From: Candidatus Limnocylindria bacterium
GTDB taxonomy: Bacteria > Chloroflexota > Limnocylindria > P2-11E
Reading direction: 5' to 3'
DNA length: 63,572 bases
Assembly: GCA_036565345.1 (NCBI GenBank)
Contig: DATCNH010000047.1
Coordinates: 1-63,572 of the forward strand
Positions within the stretch are counted from its first letter, which is position 1, and the number at the start of each line of letters is the position of its first letter. Below, one piece after another: positions 52,180 to 61,145 of this stretch. A program made the position numbers and the translations under genes. Under the pieces are notes generated by a model, which worked only from the letters and a program-made list of their open reading frames with translations, was not told the origin of the DNA and ran no database searches.

Positions 52180-53484
52180 CTAGCGCAGGTAGTCGGTGCG
52201 GTACTGCTCGAACCGCGCGTAGAACGACGCGGTCGACTCGCCGAAGGCGGCCTGGAATGCGCTGTGCCACTCCTCCCCCGACCCGACCCGGGCACACCAG
52301 GAGCGCAGCGCGAGCGGCGAGGGCACCGCGAGCAGGCGATCGACCGCGAGATACGCGACCGCGAACGGGTTCGCGCTCCCGACCCAGCTCGATTCGAGCG
52401 ATTCCAGCGACGCGTAGGTCGCGCTCCGCAGCTGGCGCCGGATGAAGACGTCCATGTTCGCCTGCGGGATGAGCCCCGCGCCGACAAGGCTGCGATACCC
52501 GAGCGACTCGGCCATCCCCTCGGAGAGCCAGCGCGGCCCGTTGATCATGCAGGCCAGGCCGCCGGTGTCGTACTGCCAAAGATGCACGTACTCGTGCGCC
52601 GCGAGCTCACGGCGCTCGGTGTCGGCGGTCCAGGTGTCCGGCGCCGCGGCCGCGGGCGTCGCCCAGGCGGTGTTGCTGGTCACGATATCGAACGACGGCC
52701 CGCTGGTCAGGCAGCAATACCGCTCGGCAGGGCTGCCCACACGAACGTTCACCGTCTGCGCGCGCCGCCGATCGCCGCCGACGCTCACGGCGAGATATGC
52801 CCCGGCGTACTCGACGCCCTGATGCACCGCGAGGATGTCCGGGGCGCTCACGCCGTCGCTCGCGATGTTGAACGCGAGGTTCGACGGGTCGGCCGGCTGC
52901 GGGCGTGGATCGCTCCCGTCGGCGTTGAGGACGGTGATCTCCCAGTAGACGCCGTAGTCCTCCATCCACTGCGCCCCTTCGATGAGCGGACGGATGGCGA
53001 CGCGATAGACCCCCGGTGTGGCCGGCGCCTGCACGTTGAATCCGAACCAGGCGACCTGCCCCGGTCCGACGTACGGCCCCGGCTGGATCGCCACCCGGTC
53101 GAAGCGCGGCCAGCCGGTGTTCGGCGAGCCGCGCTGGCCGTCACCGCCGATGACGCTCGGCTGATCCTGGCCCGGCTCGCGCCGCCAGGTCCCCAGGTAC
53201 GCGACCTGCCCCATCTGCCCGCCGACCCAGCCGAGCGAGCCGGAGTTGTAATAGGCGACGACCGACCGGCGGGACTCGCCGGGGCAGAGCCGCAGATATC
53301 CGGTCTGGCCGTAATACGTCGCATGGAAGCCCGACGCTTTCGCCGGCACCGTGGTCGGCGAAGGCACGCCCGGACCCTCGCTGCCAACGCAGCTCGCCCC
53401 GGCGGCCGAGCGGGCCCAGGGCCGAACGGTCGAGGAACCGATGAGCAGGGCTACGACGAGGAGCAAGCCGGTGAGCGCCCGCAT
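52180..53484 (-). CDS. Secreted protein: NBR1-like Ig domain + HExxH zincin (basic-secretory-protein-like) domain
   Basis: ATG 53484. Signal peptide MRALTGLLLVVALLIGSS. The middle block GQVAWFGFNVQAPATPGVYRVAIRPLIEGAQWMEDYGVYWEITV is Ig-like. The C-terminal HEYVHLWQ...PRWLSEGMAESLGY is a zincin motif. Confidence 0.65.
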   Translation of the reverse strand: MRALTGLLLVVALLIGSSTVRPWARSAAGASCVGSEGPGVPSPTTVPAKASGFHATYYGQTGYLRLCPGESRRSVVAYYNSGSLGWVGGQMGQVAYLGTWRREPGQDQPSVIGGDGQRGSPNTGWPRFDRVAIQPGPYVGPGQVAWFGFNVQAPATPGVYRVAIRPLIEGAQWMEDYGVYWEITVLNADGSDPRPQPADPSNLAFNIASDGVSAPDILAVHQGVEYAGAYLAVSVGGDRRRAQTVNVRVGSPAERYCCLTSGPSFDIVTSNTAWATPAAAAPDTWTADTERRELAAHEYVHLWQYDTGGLACMINGPRWLSEGMAESLGYRSLVGAGLIPQANMDVFIRRQLRSATYASLESLESSWVGSANPFAVAYLAVDRLLAVPSPLALRSWCARVGSGEEWHSAFQAAFGESTASFYARFEQYRTDYLR

Positions 53485-53555
53485 ACCTCTTGAACCGCGC
53501 GGCAGACGAAGTGTTACTCGTGACCGCGCGCTGCGGCCCGCGGAACGGGCGATCG

Positions 53556-54095
53556 CTAGCGCCGCGACGACCTCGGTACGCCCTCGGTCACCTGGGTGAT
53601 CTCGTCGACCAGGAGTCCGGCCTCGCCGTGTACGGCAGCGTGCGCTTCGGTGGTGGGTGACTTCGACAGGCAAAAGAGCCGTCCCGACTGCGCGTCATAC
53701 CAGGCCTTCAGCCACTCCACGCCGTGCTTCGCGCCGGCATCCCGATGGAACTGGATCGCGTCGGCGATCTGCTGCGGCGTGAGCCCCTCGACCCGGAAAT
53801 GCGTGTCCATGCAGAGCGGGCTGTCCCCCAGGCCCACCGGCTCATCCCCGTACTCGCTGACCTCGGTGATCTCGTCGGCGAGGAGGCCGTGCGCCTCGCG
53901 GTGGCAGGCTTCCTCGGCGGCCGCACTGGGCGCCTCACAGAGGCAGAACACCCGGCCGGACCCTTCATCGAACCAGTAGTTCACCCACCGCACCCCGTGC
54001 TTCGACCCCGTCGCCTCATCCAGGCGGTGTGCGTCGGCGACACCACTGGCCGTCAGGCCATCGATCTTGTAATGGACGTCCATGTAGAGCGGCAC
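53556..54095 (-). CDS. Tandem DUF4242 (SCO4226-like putative metal-binding) protein
   Basis: 179 aa made of two ~85-aa copies. Copy 1 is MPLYMDVHYKIDGLTASGVADAH...GVRWVNYWFDEGSGRVFCLCEAP...HREAHGLLADEITEV. Copy 2 is LCMDTHFRVEGLTPQQIADAI...GVEWLKAWYDAQSGRLFCLSKSP...HGEAGLLVDEITQV. Confidence 0.75.
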   Translation of the reverse strand: MPLYMDVHYKIDGLTASGVADAHRLDEATGSKHGVRWVNYWFDEGSGRVFCLCEAPSAAAEEACHREAHGLLADEITEVSEYGDEPVGLGDSPLCMDTHFRVEGLTPQQIADAIQFHRDAGAKHGVEWLKAWYDAQSGRLFCLSKSPTTEAHAAVHGEAGLLVDEITQVTEGVPRSSRR

Positions 54096-54142
54096 GCGCG
54101 AATCATAGGGCCTCCACCACGAACGCTGCCTAGAATCGCTCG

Positions 54143-57100
54143 ATGGCCCGGACGCCGCGCGGCCGCGACTCGGCGAACGCGCGCGTGACCCGCGTGTTCC
54201 TCTTCACCGATCTCCGCGACTACACCCGCTTCGTCGAGGCGCATGGCGACGTGGCGGCGACCCGGTTGTTACGTGACTACCGCACGATCGTGCGGAGGGA
54301 AGTCACGCGGACCCGGGGTGCCGAGATCAAGACCGAGGGTGATTCGTTCTACATCGTCTTCGAATCGGCGGTGCCGGCGCTCGACTGCGCGGTGGCGATC
54401 CTGAAACGGGTGCGCGCACATAACGCCAAGCATCCCGATCGCGCCCTGCAGGTGGGCGCGGGGCTGCATGCGGGCGACGCCATCACCTATGACGACCAGT
54501 ACGTCGGCGGCGCCGTCATCGTCGCGGCCCGGCTCTCGACGAAAGCGGCGGCCGGCGAGCTCCTGGTGAGCGACACCACACGCGGTCTCGTGCGCACCGG
54601 CCAGACGCACCGCCTGGTCGAGCGGGGGACCGTCGTGCTGAAGGGCGTCAGCGAGTCCATCCGGGTCTGGAGCGTCGACTTCGGGGACGCCCAATCGGGG
54701 ACATCCACGGCGCAGGCGCCGTTGCCGAATGCCGAATTGCAGCGGCGCGCCGAACCGGGGCAACTCATCTGTCCGGTCCTCATCGGACGCGAGCGGGAGC
54801 TCGCGGCGTTCCGCACGATCCTGGTCGACGCCAGTGCCGGTCGCGGAGGGATCGTCTTCGTCTCTGGCGAACCGGGCATCGGGAAGAGCGCGTTCGCGCG
54901 CGAGGCCGCTGGCGTGGCGAATGTCGCCGGGTACCGGCTCATGGCCGGTGCCGCCCTCCAGTGGGAAAGCGGCCTTCCCTACGGCCCGTTCCTGTCGGCG
55001 CTCCGGTCGGGGTTCCAGGGGGATGCGCTGCGCGACGCGATCACCAGGGTCGCGCCGGACATCGCGCCGTTGCTACCGGAGCTCGGCCATGCGCCGGTGG
55101 CGGCGGATTCACCGCTCGAGCGCCATCGGATCGGCCGCGCGTTCACGGATCTACTCACGACCCTCTCGAAGCAGGCACCCCTGCTCCTGGTGCTCGAGGA
55201 CCTGCACTGGGTCGACGAGGCCTCGATCGCGCTATTGCAGCAGCTTGCTCGCGAGCTGCTGCGGACACCGGTCGTCGTGCTCATCACCTACCGCTCCGAC
55301 GAAGTGCTGCGTCGGCACCCGCTGTCGACGCTGGTCGCCGACCTTGCTCGCGCCCGGCTGTCGACCGCGATGACGCTCCAGGCCCTCGACCAGGCCGATA
55401 CCGAACGCCTGATCCGGGCAACGCTGAGCGGCGTGCCCCTTGACCAGGAGACCCAGGCCGCGATCTATGCCCGCAGCGAAGGCAACGCCCTCTTCACCGA
55501 GGAGCTGCTCAAGTCCCTCGTGGGCGCCGGCGCGATCGTCCACCAGGCGGATCGGGGGTGGCAGCCGGGCGGCGGCGCCCAGCTGCGCCTTCCGGAAACG
55601 CTCCGCGACCTCGTCATCGGCCGGGTCGAGCGCCTGCGGCCCTCGACGGTGGCGACGCTCGCCGCCGCCTCGATCATCGGCGGCCGATTCGACTACGACA
55701 CCCTGCGCCGGGTCCGCGGGATCGAGGAGGCCGAGCTGACCAACGATCTCCGCCAGGCGGTCGATGAACAGCTCGTCGTCGAACAACGGGAGGGCGACGG
55801 GTCCTTCGCGTTCCGGCACGCTCTCACCCGCGAGGTCATCTATGACGACCTGCTGCTCCCGGAGCGGCAGCGGCTCCACCTGCTCGTCGCGGCCGCGCTC
55901 GTGGCGGGCGAGCACGCTCCGCCGGCCATCGTCGCCCGGCACTGGCGTGCCGGGGGCGACCGCCAGCGAGCGGCGCAGGCGTACGAGATGGCCGGCAACG
56001 ACGCTCTTGCGGTCAATGCGGCGTCCGAAGCGGTGGCCGCCTTCGAGGCTGCGATCACCGCATCCGGCCAGGCGACGAGCGCGCATTACCTGGGCCTGGC
56101 ACGGGCCTATCTGGCGATCGACCATCTCAAGGCCCGGTCCGCCGCCGAGCGGGGCACCGCCCTGCTCACCGAGGCGGACGGCCTGGGCCGCCGGATAGAT
56201 CTCCTGCACATCGCCGGGCGAGCGCGATGGCTCATGGGCGACGGCAGCGGGAATCTCGAGCTCGCCCGATCGGCGGTCGACCTGGTCCGCGACGAGACCG
56301 ACAGTCCGGTGAAGGCCGACGCGCTCGCCTGGTTCGCCGGTGCGCTGAGCACGCGCGGGGACACGGCCGACGCGCGCGAATGGGCCGAGCGCGCGCTCGC
56401 GGTCGCGAAGGCGACCGGTGCACGCTCCATCGCCGCGGCGGCCCTGCTCACCCTCGCAGCCTGCGAATCGATCGGGTCGCCGCGCACGGCGCTGCAGCTG
56501 TGCGACGAGGCGGCGGCCGTCGCCCGTGGCGCCCGCGCGGCCGAGACTCTCGCGCGCGCGCACGCCGATGGCATCGCCTACTCGTTCCAGGTCGAGAACG
56601 AGCGTCCACGGTTCATTCGGATCGAGCGTGCGGCCGAGTTCGGGCGCCGGTACGGATACGGCGCGAGCCAGTTCGCGGGATATCGCGCGTTCCAGCTGTT
56701 CGCCTCCGGCCGCTGGCCGGCGGACGGCAGCTTCGGGGTCGCCGGGGATGCGGACGCCGACGTCTACGTCTCCTGGGTCCGGCTGCTCGAAGCGGTGATC
56801 GCCTGCGCGCGTCTGGGCCCCACGGCCGAGCGCCGTTCGGCGCTCCGACGTTTGGTCGACCGGGCCGCGCGTCAGGATGAGCCACAGTGGGCGGTTCCCT
56901 GGCTGTCATATGCCGCGCTCGTCGAGGGCTGGGCGGACGCGCAGGACGATGTTCGCGCGACCGCCGATCAGATGACGTCGTTCGCGTCGCGGGCCGCGTC
57001 ACCCGAGCGATCGCTCACGCTCCTCTGTCGTGGCCTTCCGTCCGCGGCGATCGCCCTGTTCCTTGGGTCCGACCGCGAGCGGCTGGCCGCGATGGCCGCG

Positions 57101-57391
57101 GCGCTGGTGGATTTCGACGGGCATGCCGGAGAGCGCGAGCTCCTCGAGGCGCTCGGTCGGACGATCGACGGCACCGCGGCGGAGGGACCGTTCGCCGTCG
57201 CCGCGGTGCACCTCGGCGAACGGGGGCTCGCGCTGGCGACGGCATTCGCGGCCGAGGCGGTCGCGGCGATCCGGCCTAAGGCGGATCTTCCGGATGCGGT
57301 ACGGGCCGCGGCGGCGGCCACGCTGGCCGAGGCCGGTGCGACCTGGCTGGCGGGCCGGTTCAGCGGAAGCGGGAGTCTCGCTCCACCCTGA
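54143..57391 (+). CDS. Class III cyclase-homology domain / AAA (STAND) ATPase / TPR-like repeat protein
   Basis: 1082 aa. The CHD has FLFTDLRDYT and IKTEGDSFYIVF (metal Asp residues) and GGAVIVAARL. P-loop GEPGIGKSAF and Walker B LLLVLEDLHWVDEAS. A long Ala/Leu-rich helical repeat tail follows, with no C-terminal HTH seen. Confidence 0.8.
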   Translation: MARTPRGRDSANARVTRVFLFTDLRDYTRFVEAHGDVAATRLLRDYRTIVRREVTRTRGAEIKTEGDSFYIVFESAVPALDCAVAILKRVRAHNAKHPDRALQVGAGLHAGDAITYDDQYVGGAVIVAARLSTKAAAGELLVSDTTRGLVRTGQTHRLVERGTVVLKGVSESIRVWSVDFGDAQSGTSTAQAPLPNAELQRRAEPGQLICPVLIGRERELAAFRTILVDASAGRGGIVFVSGEPGIGKSAFAREAAGVANVAGYRLMAGAALQWESGLPYGPFLSALRSGFQGDALRDAITRVAPDIAPLLPELGHAPVAADSPLERHRIGRAFTDLLTTLSKQAPLLLVLEDLHWVDEASIALLQQLARELLRTPVVVLITYRSDEVLRRHPLSTLVADLARARLSTAMTLQALDQADTERLIRATLSGVPLDQETQAAIYARSEGNALFTEELLKSLVGAGAIVHQADRGWQPGGGAQLRLPETLRDLVIGRVERLRPSTVATLAAASIIGGRFDYDTLRRVRGIEEAELTNDLRQAVDEQLVVEQREGDGSFAFRHALTREVIYDDLLLPERQRLHLLVAAALVAGEHAPPAIVARHWRAGGDRQRAAQAYEMAGNDALAVNAASEAVAAFEAAITASGQATSAHYLGLARAYLAIDHLKARSAAERGTALLTEADGLGRRIDLLHIAGRARWLMGDGSGNLELARSAVDLVRDETDSPVKADALAWFAGALSTRGDTADAREWAERALAVAKATGARSIAAAALLTLAACESIGSPRTALQLCDEAAAVARGARAAETLARAHADGIAYSFQVENERPRFIRIERAAEFGRRYGYGASQFAGYRAFQLFASGRWPADGSFGVAGDADADVYVSWVRLLEAVIACARLGPTAERRSALRRLVDRAARQDEPQWAVPWLSYAALVEGWADAQDDVRATADQMTSFASRAASPERSLTLLCRGLPSAAIALFLGSDRERLAAMAAALVDFDGHAGERELLEALGRTIDGTAAEGPFAVAAVHLGERGLALATAFAAEAVAAIRPKADLPDAVRAAAAATLAEAGATWLAGRFSGSGSLAPP

Positions 57392-57521
57392 TCGGGACGA
57401 GCTCCGGCTGCCGGACCCCGGCACGGGCAAGGGCATTGAGGACGAAGCGGATCGCCCAGGCGACCTCGCACGCGATGGATCGGAGTGCCTGCGACGACGG
57501 CCGGTGCGTCCTCGTTGCCAT
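57360..57521 (-). CDS. Possible small protein (53 aa, hypothetical)
   Basis: ATG 57521 has GGGAGGA 9 nt upstream. The codon pattern GC3 > GC1 > GC2 holds in an otherwise intergenic stretch. Its 3' end overlaps the convergent cyclase/STAND gene by 32 nt. No recognisable family. Confidence 0.3.
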   Translation of the reverse strand: MATRTHRPSSQALRSIACEVAWAIRFVLNALARAGVRQPELVPIRVERDSRFR

Positions 57522-57589
57522 GGGCCCACGGTCCTCCCGTCGTGCGTCCGGCGCCTCCCCCGGAATGACCATTTTCCTGCGCCGCGCCG

Positions 57590-58183
57590 TCACCAGCGGC
57601 CGCGGTGCACGACCGCGGCGGTCGGACGATGGCCTCGCCTGAGGGACGGCGAGGGCCGGTCGACCGCCGCGGGGTACCCGATGGCGATCGTGCCCACCGC
57701 GGCGTAGCCGTCCGGGACTCCGAAGGCCGCGCGGAAGCCGGCCTGGTCGAAGATGCCGAAGAGCAGCGCCCCGAGGCCGGCATCGACTGCGGTCTGGAGG
57801 ATGAGCAGGGCGGCCATACCGGTATCGATGTCCCAGTACGGAACCGGCCAGCGCGCCTCGTCGCGATCGGCCCACCCTTTGTCTGCCTCGGCGTAGCGGT
57901 CCAGATAGGCCTGCTTGTGCGACAGGCACACGATCAGCACCGGGGCATTGAACAGGCCGGGCCATCCGAAGTCCGCGCGCCGCTCCGCGGTCATCGTCGT
58001 GGACCAGTAGCGCTCGGTCGCCTCCCGGCCCTCGAGGACGAGGAACGCCCATCCCTGGCTGAATCCCGCGGAGGGGGCGTGCTGCGCGTTCGCGACGATC
58101 CGCTCGAGCACCTCCGGGTCGATCGGCCGATCCTCGAAGCTGCGCACCATCTTCCGTTTGCGTACGACGTCCTGGAATTCCAT
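57590..58183 (-). CDS. Nitroreductase family protein
   Basis: ATG 58183, 197 aa. MEFQDVVRKRKMVRSFEDRPI, NAQHAPSAGFSQGW and GIFDQAGFRAAFGVPDGY are typical of the nitroreductase fold. Confidence 0.8.
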   Translation of the reverse strand: MEFQDVVRKRKMVRSFEDRPIDPEVLERIVANAQHAPSAGFSQGWAFLVLEGREATERYWSTTMTAERRADFGWPGLFNAPVLIVCLSHKQAYLDRYAEADKGWADRDEARWPVPYWDIDTGMAALLILQTAVDAGLGALLFGIFDQAGFRAAFGVPDGYAAVGTIAIGYPAAVDRPSPSLRRGHRPTAAVVHRGRW

Positions 58184-58217
58184 CGTCACCTCCGGCGCGA
58201 ACGTCCAGAATGTACGG

Positions 58218-59126
58218 GTGCCGACACCGAAGCGCGTGCAGATCGTGGAGGTGAGCGCGCGCGACGGCCTGCAGGCCGAGGCGCGCACGCTGTCCACCGA
58301 CATCAAGCTGGCCCTGCTCGATCGTCTCGCCGATGCCGGACACACCGTGATCGAGGCCACGTCGTTCGTCTCCCCGACCGCGGTGCCGCAGCTTGCCGAT
58401 GCGGACGATGTCCTGCGACGGCTGGTCCGGCGACCGGGCGTCCGCTACCCGGTGCTCGTCCCGAACGAGCGCGGCCTGGAGCGCGCGATCGCCGCGGGCG
58501 CCGACGAGATCGCGGTCTTCGTGTCCGCGGCGGAAGGCTACGCCCGAAAGAACCTACGGCGGTCCCGGGATGAAGCGGTGGCGAACGCGGTCGCGGTGGC
58601 CAAGGCGGCAGCCGCGTCGGGCCGACGGGTGCGCGGCTACATCTCGATGGTCATCGCCGATCCTGACGACGGCCCGACCGCGCCGGAGCAGGTCACCCGG
58701 ATCGCCGAGGAGCTGCTGGCAGCGGGATGCGGCGAGATCTCCCTCGGCGACACGATCGGCGTCGGTACACCGGCCGATGTCCGTCGGCTCATCGCGGTCC
58801 ACGAGCGCGCTGGGATCGGCGTCGGCCGGCTCGCCGTCCACTTCCACGACACCTATGGCCAGGCGCTGGTGAACGTGCTCACCGCGCTCGAGCTCGGGGT
58901 CACGACGGTCGACGCGAGCACCGGCGGGACCGGCGGCTCGCCCTTCGCCAAGAGCGCGGCCGGCAATCTCCCGACCGAGGATCTGCTCTGGATGCTCGAT
59001 GGGATGGGGATCGCGACCGGCGTGGACCTGCGCGCGTCGGCCGGCATCAGCGCCTGGCTGGCCGACCTGCTGGGGCATCCCCCACCCGGCCGGGTGGCAC
59101 GCGCCTTGACTGGGGTGCCGGCGTGA
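58218..59126 (+). CDS. Hydroxymethylglutaryl-CoA lyase
   Basis: VQIVEVSARDGLQ, SLGDTIGVGTP and HFHDTYGQALVN (DRE-TIM lyase). The start is uncertain: GTG 58218 or 58236. The ORF-track ATG 58158 would overlap the divergent nitroreductase. Confidence 0.85.
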   Translation: MPTPKRVQIVEVSARDGLQAEARTLSTDIKLALLDRLADAGHTVIEATSFVSPTAVPQLADADDVLRRLVRRPGVRYPVLVPNERGLERAIAAGADEIAVFVSAAEGYARKNLRRSRDEAVANAVAVAKAAAASGRRVRGYISMVIADPDDGPTAPEQVTRIAEELLAAGCGEISLGDTIGVGTPADVRRLIAVHERAGIGVGRLAVHFHDTYGQALVNVLTALELGVTTVDASTGGTGGSPFAKSAAGNLPTEDLLWMLDGMGIATGVDLRASAGISAWLADLLGHPPPGRVARALTGVPA

Positions 59127-59133
59127 CGCCGCG

Positions 59134-59784
59134 GTGATGGAGCTGTTCGACCTCTTCCGCCAGGGGATCCGCTACGCGCTCACCCTGATCGCCAACCACC
59201 AGTTCGTCGCGCTCTTTGGCCTGGTCGCCCTCGAGGAGGCCGGCGTCCCGCTCCCGGCGCCGAGCGACATCGTGATCATGATCTACGGCTCGAACCGTCG
59301 CGAGAGCCTCGTCGGCCTCGCGACGGTCGTGCTCACCTGCGCGGCTGCGTCGACGGTCGGGACGCTCATCCCATACGCCATCACCCGGAAGTGGGGCCAG
59401 CCGGCAGCGCATCGGGTGGCACGCTGGATCGACGTCGAGCAGGATCAGGTCGACCGCTGGAGCAGCCGGATCGCCGCCCGCGGGTTCGCGGCGATCTTCG
59501 TCGGCCGGCTCATCCCCGGGCTGCGCGTCGCGATGTCGCTCATCGGCGGGACGGCGAAGGTCCCGGTGCACGAGTTCTCGTCCGCTGTGTTTCTCGCCGG
59601 CATCATCTATTGGTCCTTCTGGACCGGCATCGGCGCGATCTTCGGCCCCACGGTCCGGCGCCTGATCCCGGAGCGCTACGTCGAATTCGTGGTCATCGGC
59701 ATCCCGGTCCTGTTCATCAGCTATCTCATCTACCGCTACGTGCGCGGCCGGCGCCGGCACGCGCGGAAGCGGATAGCCTCATAG
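59134..59784 (+). CDS. DedA family membrane protein
   Basis: 216 aa. FGLVALEEAGVPLPAPSDIVIM and GRLIPGLRVAMSLIGG are DedA/SNARE-associated motifs. Confidence 0.8.
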   Translation: MMELFDLFRQGIRYALTLIANHQFVALFGLVALEEAGVPLPAPSDIVIMIYGSNRRESLVGLATVVLTCAAASTVGTLIPYAITRKWGQPAAHRVARWIDVEQDQVDRWSSRIAARGFAAIFVGRLIPGLRVAMSLIGGTAKVPVHEFSSAVFLAGIIYWSFWTGIGAIFGPTVRRLIPERYVEFVVIGIPVLFISYLIYRYVRGRRRHARKRIAS

Positions 59785-59786
59785 CG

Positions 59787-61145
59787 ATGCGCTTCGATCC
59801 GTTCGACCGGCTCGTTGCCGAGCGCGCGCCGGCCTGGACCGAGGAGCTGCGCGACTACTGCCGGATCCCCTCCGAGACCGCGCAGCTTGCCGACCTGCAG
59901 CGCGGTGCGGCCTGGACGGCGGAGCGTCTCCGCAGCGCCGGATGCGAGGTCGAGCTCATCGAGCGCCCGGGCGTCGCGCCGCTGGTCGTGGGCGAGATGG
60001 GAGGCGGTGAGCGGACGCTCATCTGCGTCCAGCACTACGACGTTCAGCCCGCTGCACCGCTCGAGCTGTGGACCACCCCGCCCTACGAGCCGACCATCCG
60101 CGACGGGAAGCTGTACGCGCGCGGCGTGTCCGACAACAAGGGGCAGTTCCTCATCCGGGTGCAGGCCGCCGAAACGTACCGCGAAGCGATCGGTGAGCTC
60201 CCCTGTAGGGTCCGCTTCCTTGTCGAGGGCGAGGAGGAGTCGAGCAGCCGGCATTTCGAGCAGATGCTTCGCGAGCGGTCCGAGCTGACCGTCGGCGATG
60301 GGGCGCTGCAGGAGGGCGGCGGCCTGGACGCGCAGGACCGGCCGACGCTCATCTGCGGTGTCCGCGGGATCCTCTATGTCGAGCTCGCGGTCCGGACCCT
60401 CGCGTACGACGCGCACTCCGGCGGGGCATCGCTCTACGAGAACGCCGCCTGGCGGCTGGTGAGCGCGCTCGGGACGCTCCGCCGACCCGATGGCACGGTG
60501 ACGATCGACGGCTTCTCGGACGACGTCCGTCCGCCGAGCGAGGCGCAGCTGGCGCATCTTCGGACGCTCCCGTTCGAGGAGCAGAAGCTCAGGGACATCT
60601 ACGGCGCGGCGGCGTTCGTCGGCGGCCGGACCGGTGTCGAGGCGCAGATCGCGCAGCTGTTCCACCCGACCTGCAACATCGCGGGCATCTGGGCGGGGTG
60701 GACCGGCGACGACGCGAAGACGATCACGCCGGCGGAAGCGCGGGTGAAGATCGACCTGCGGCTCGTGCCCGACCAGGATCCTGCAACGATCGAGGCGGCG
60801 CTGCGCGTGCACCTCGATCGCCGGGGCTTCACCGACATCACGATCAAGAACTGGGGCGGCACGCACCCGTATTGGGCTCCGGTGGACGATCCGCTCGTCG
60901 ACGCCGCGGCCCGCGCCTCCCTGGCGGTCTATGGGCAGGCACCACTCCGGCTCTTCTCCAGCCCGGGCACCGCGCCGATGCACCAGGTCTGCGCACCCCG
61001 CCGGATCCCGATGGTCGCGATCGGCTACGGGCACCCCGATTCGCGCGTGCACGCACCCGATGAGAACGTTCGGCTCGACCTCATGCCCAAGGCCGCGATG
61101 GTCCTCGGCCGGTTCCTCGAGGAGTTCGCGACGATCCGGCGATGA
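59787..61145 (+). CDS. M20 family metallopeptidase (ArgE/DapE/dipeptidase-like)
   Basis: ATG 59787, 452 aa. Metal and catalytic motifs QHYDVQP, GVSDNKG and VEGEEESSS. Confidence 0.85.
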   Translation: MRFDPFDRLVAERAPAWTEELRDYCRIPSETAQLADLQRGAAWTAERLRSAGCEVELIERPGVAPLVVGEMGGGERTLICVQHYDVQPAAPLELWTTPPYEPTIRDGKLYARGVSDNKGQFLIRVQAAETYREAIGELPCRVRFLVEGEEESSSRHFEQMLRERSELTVGDGALQEGGGLDAQDRPTLICGVRGILYVELAVRTLAYDAHSGGASLYENAAWRLVSALGTLRRPDGTVTIDGFSDDVRPPSEAQLAHLRTLPFEEQKLRDIYGAAAFVGGRTGVEAQIAQLFHPTCNIAGIWAGWTGDDAKTITPAEARVKIDLRLVPDQDPATIEAALRVHLDRRGFTDITIKNWGGTHPYWAPVDDPLVDAAARASLAVYGQAPLRLFSSPGTAPMHQVCAPRRIPMVAIGYGHPDSRVHAPDENVRLDLMPKAAMVLGRFLEEFATIRR

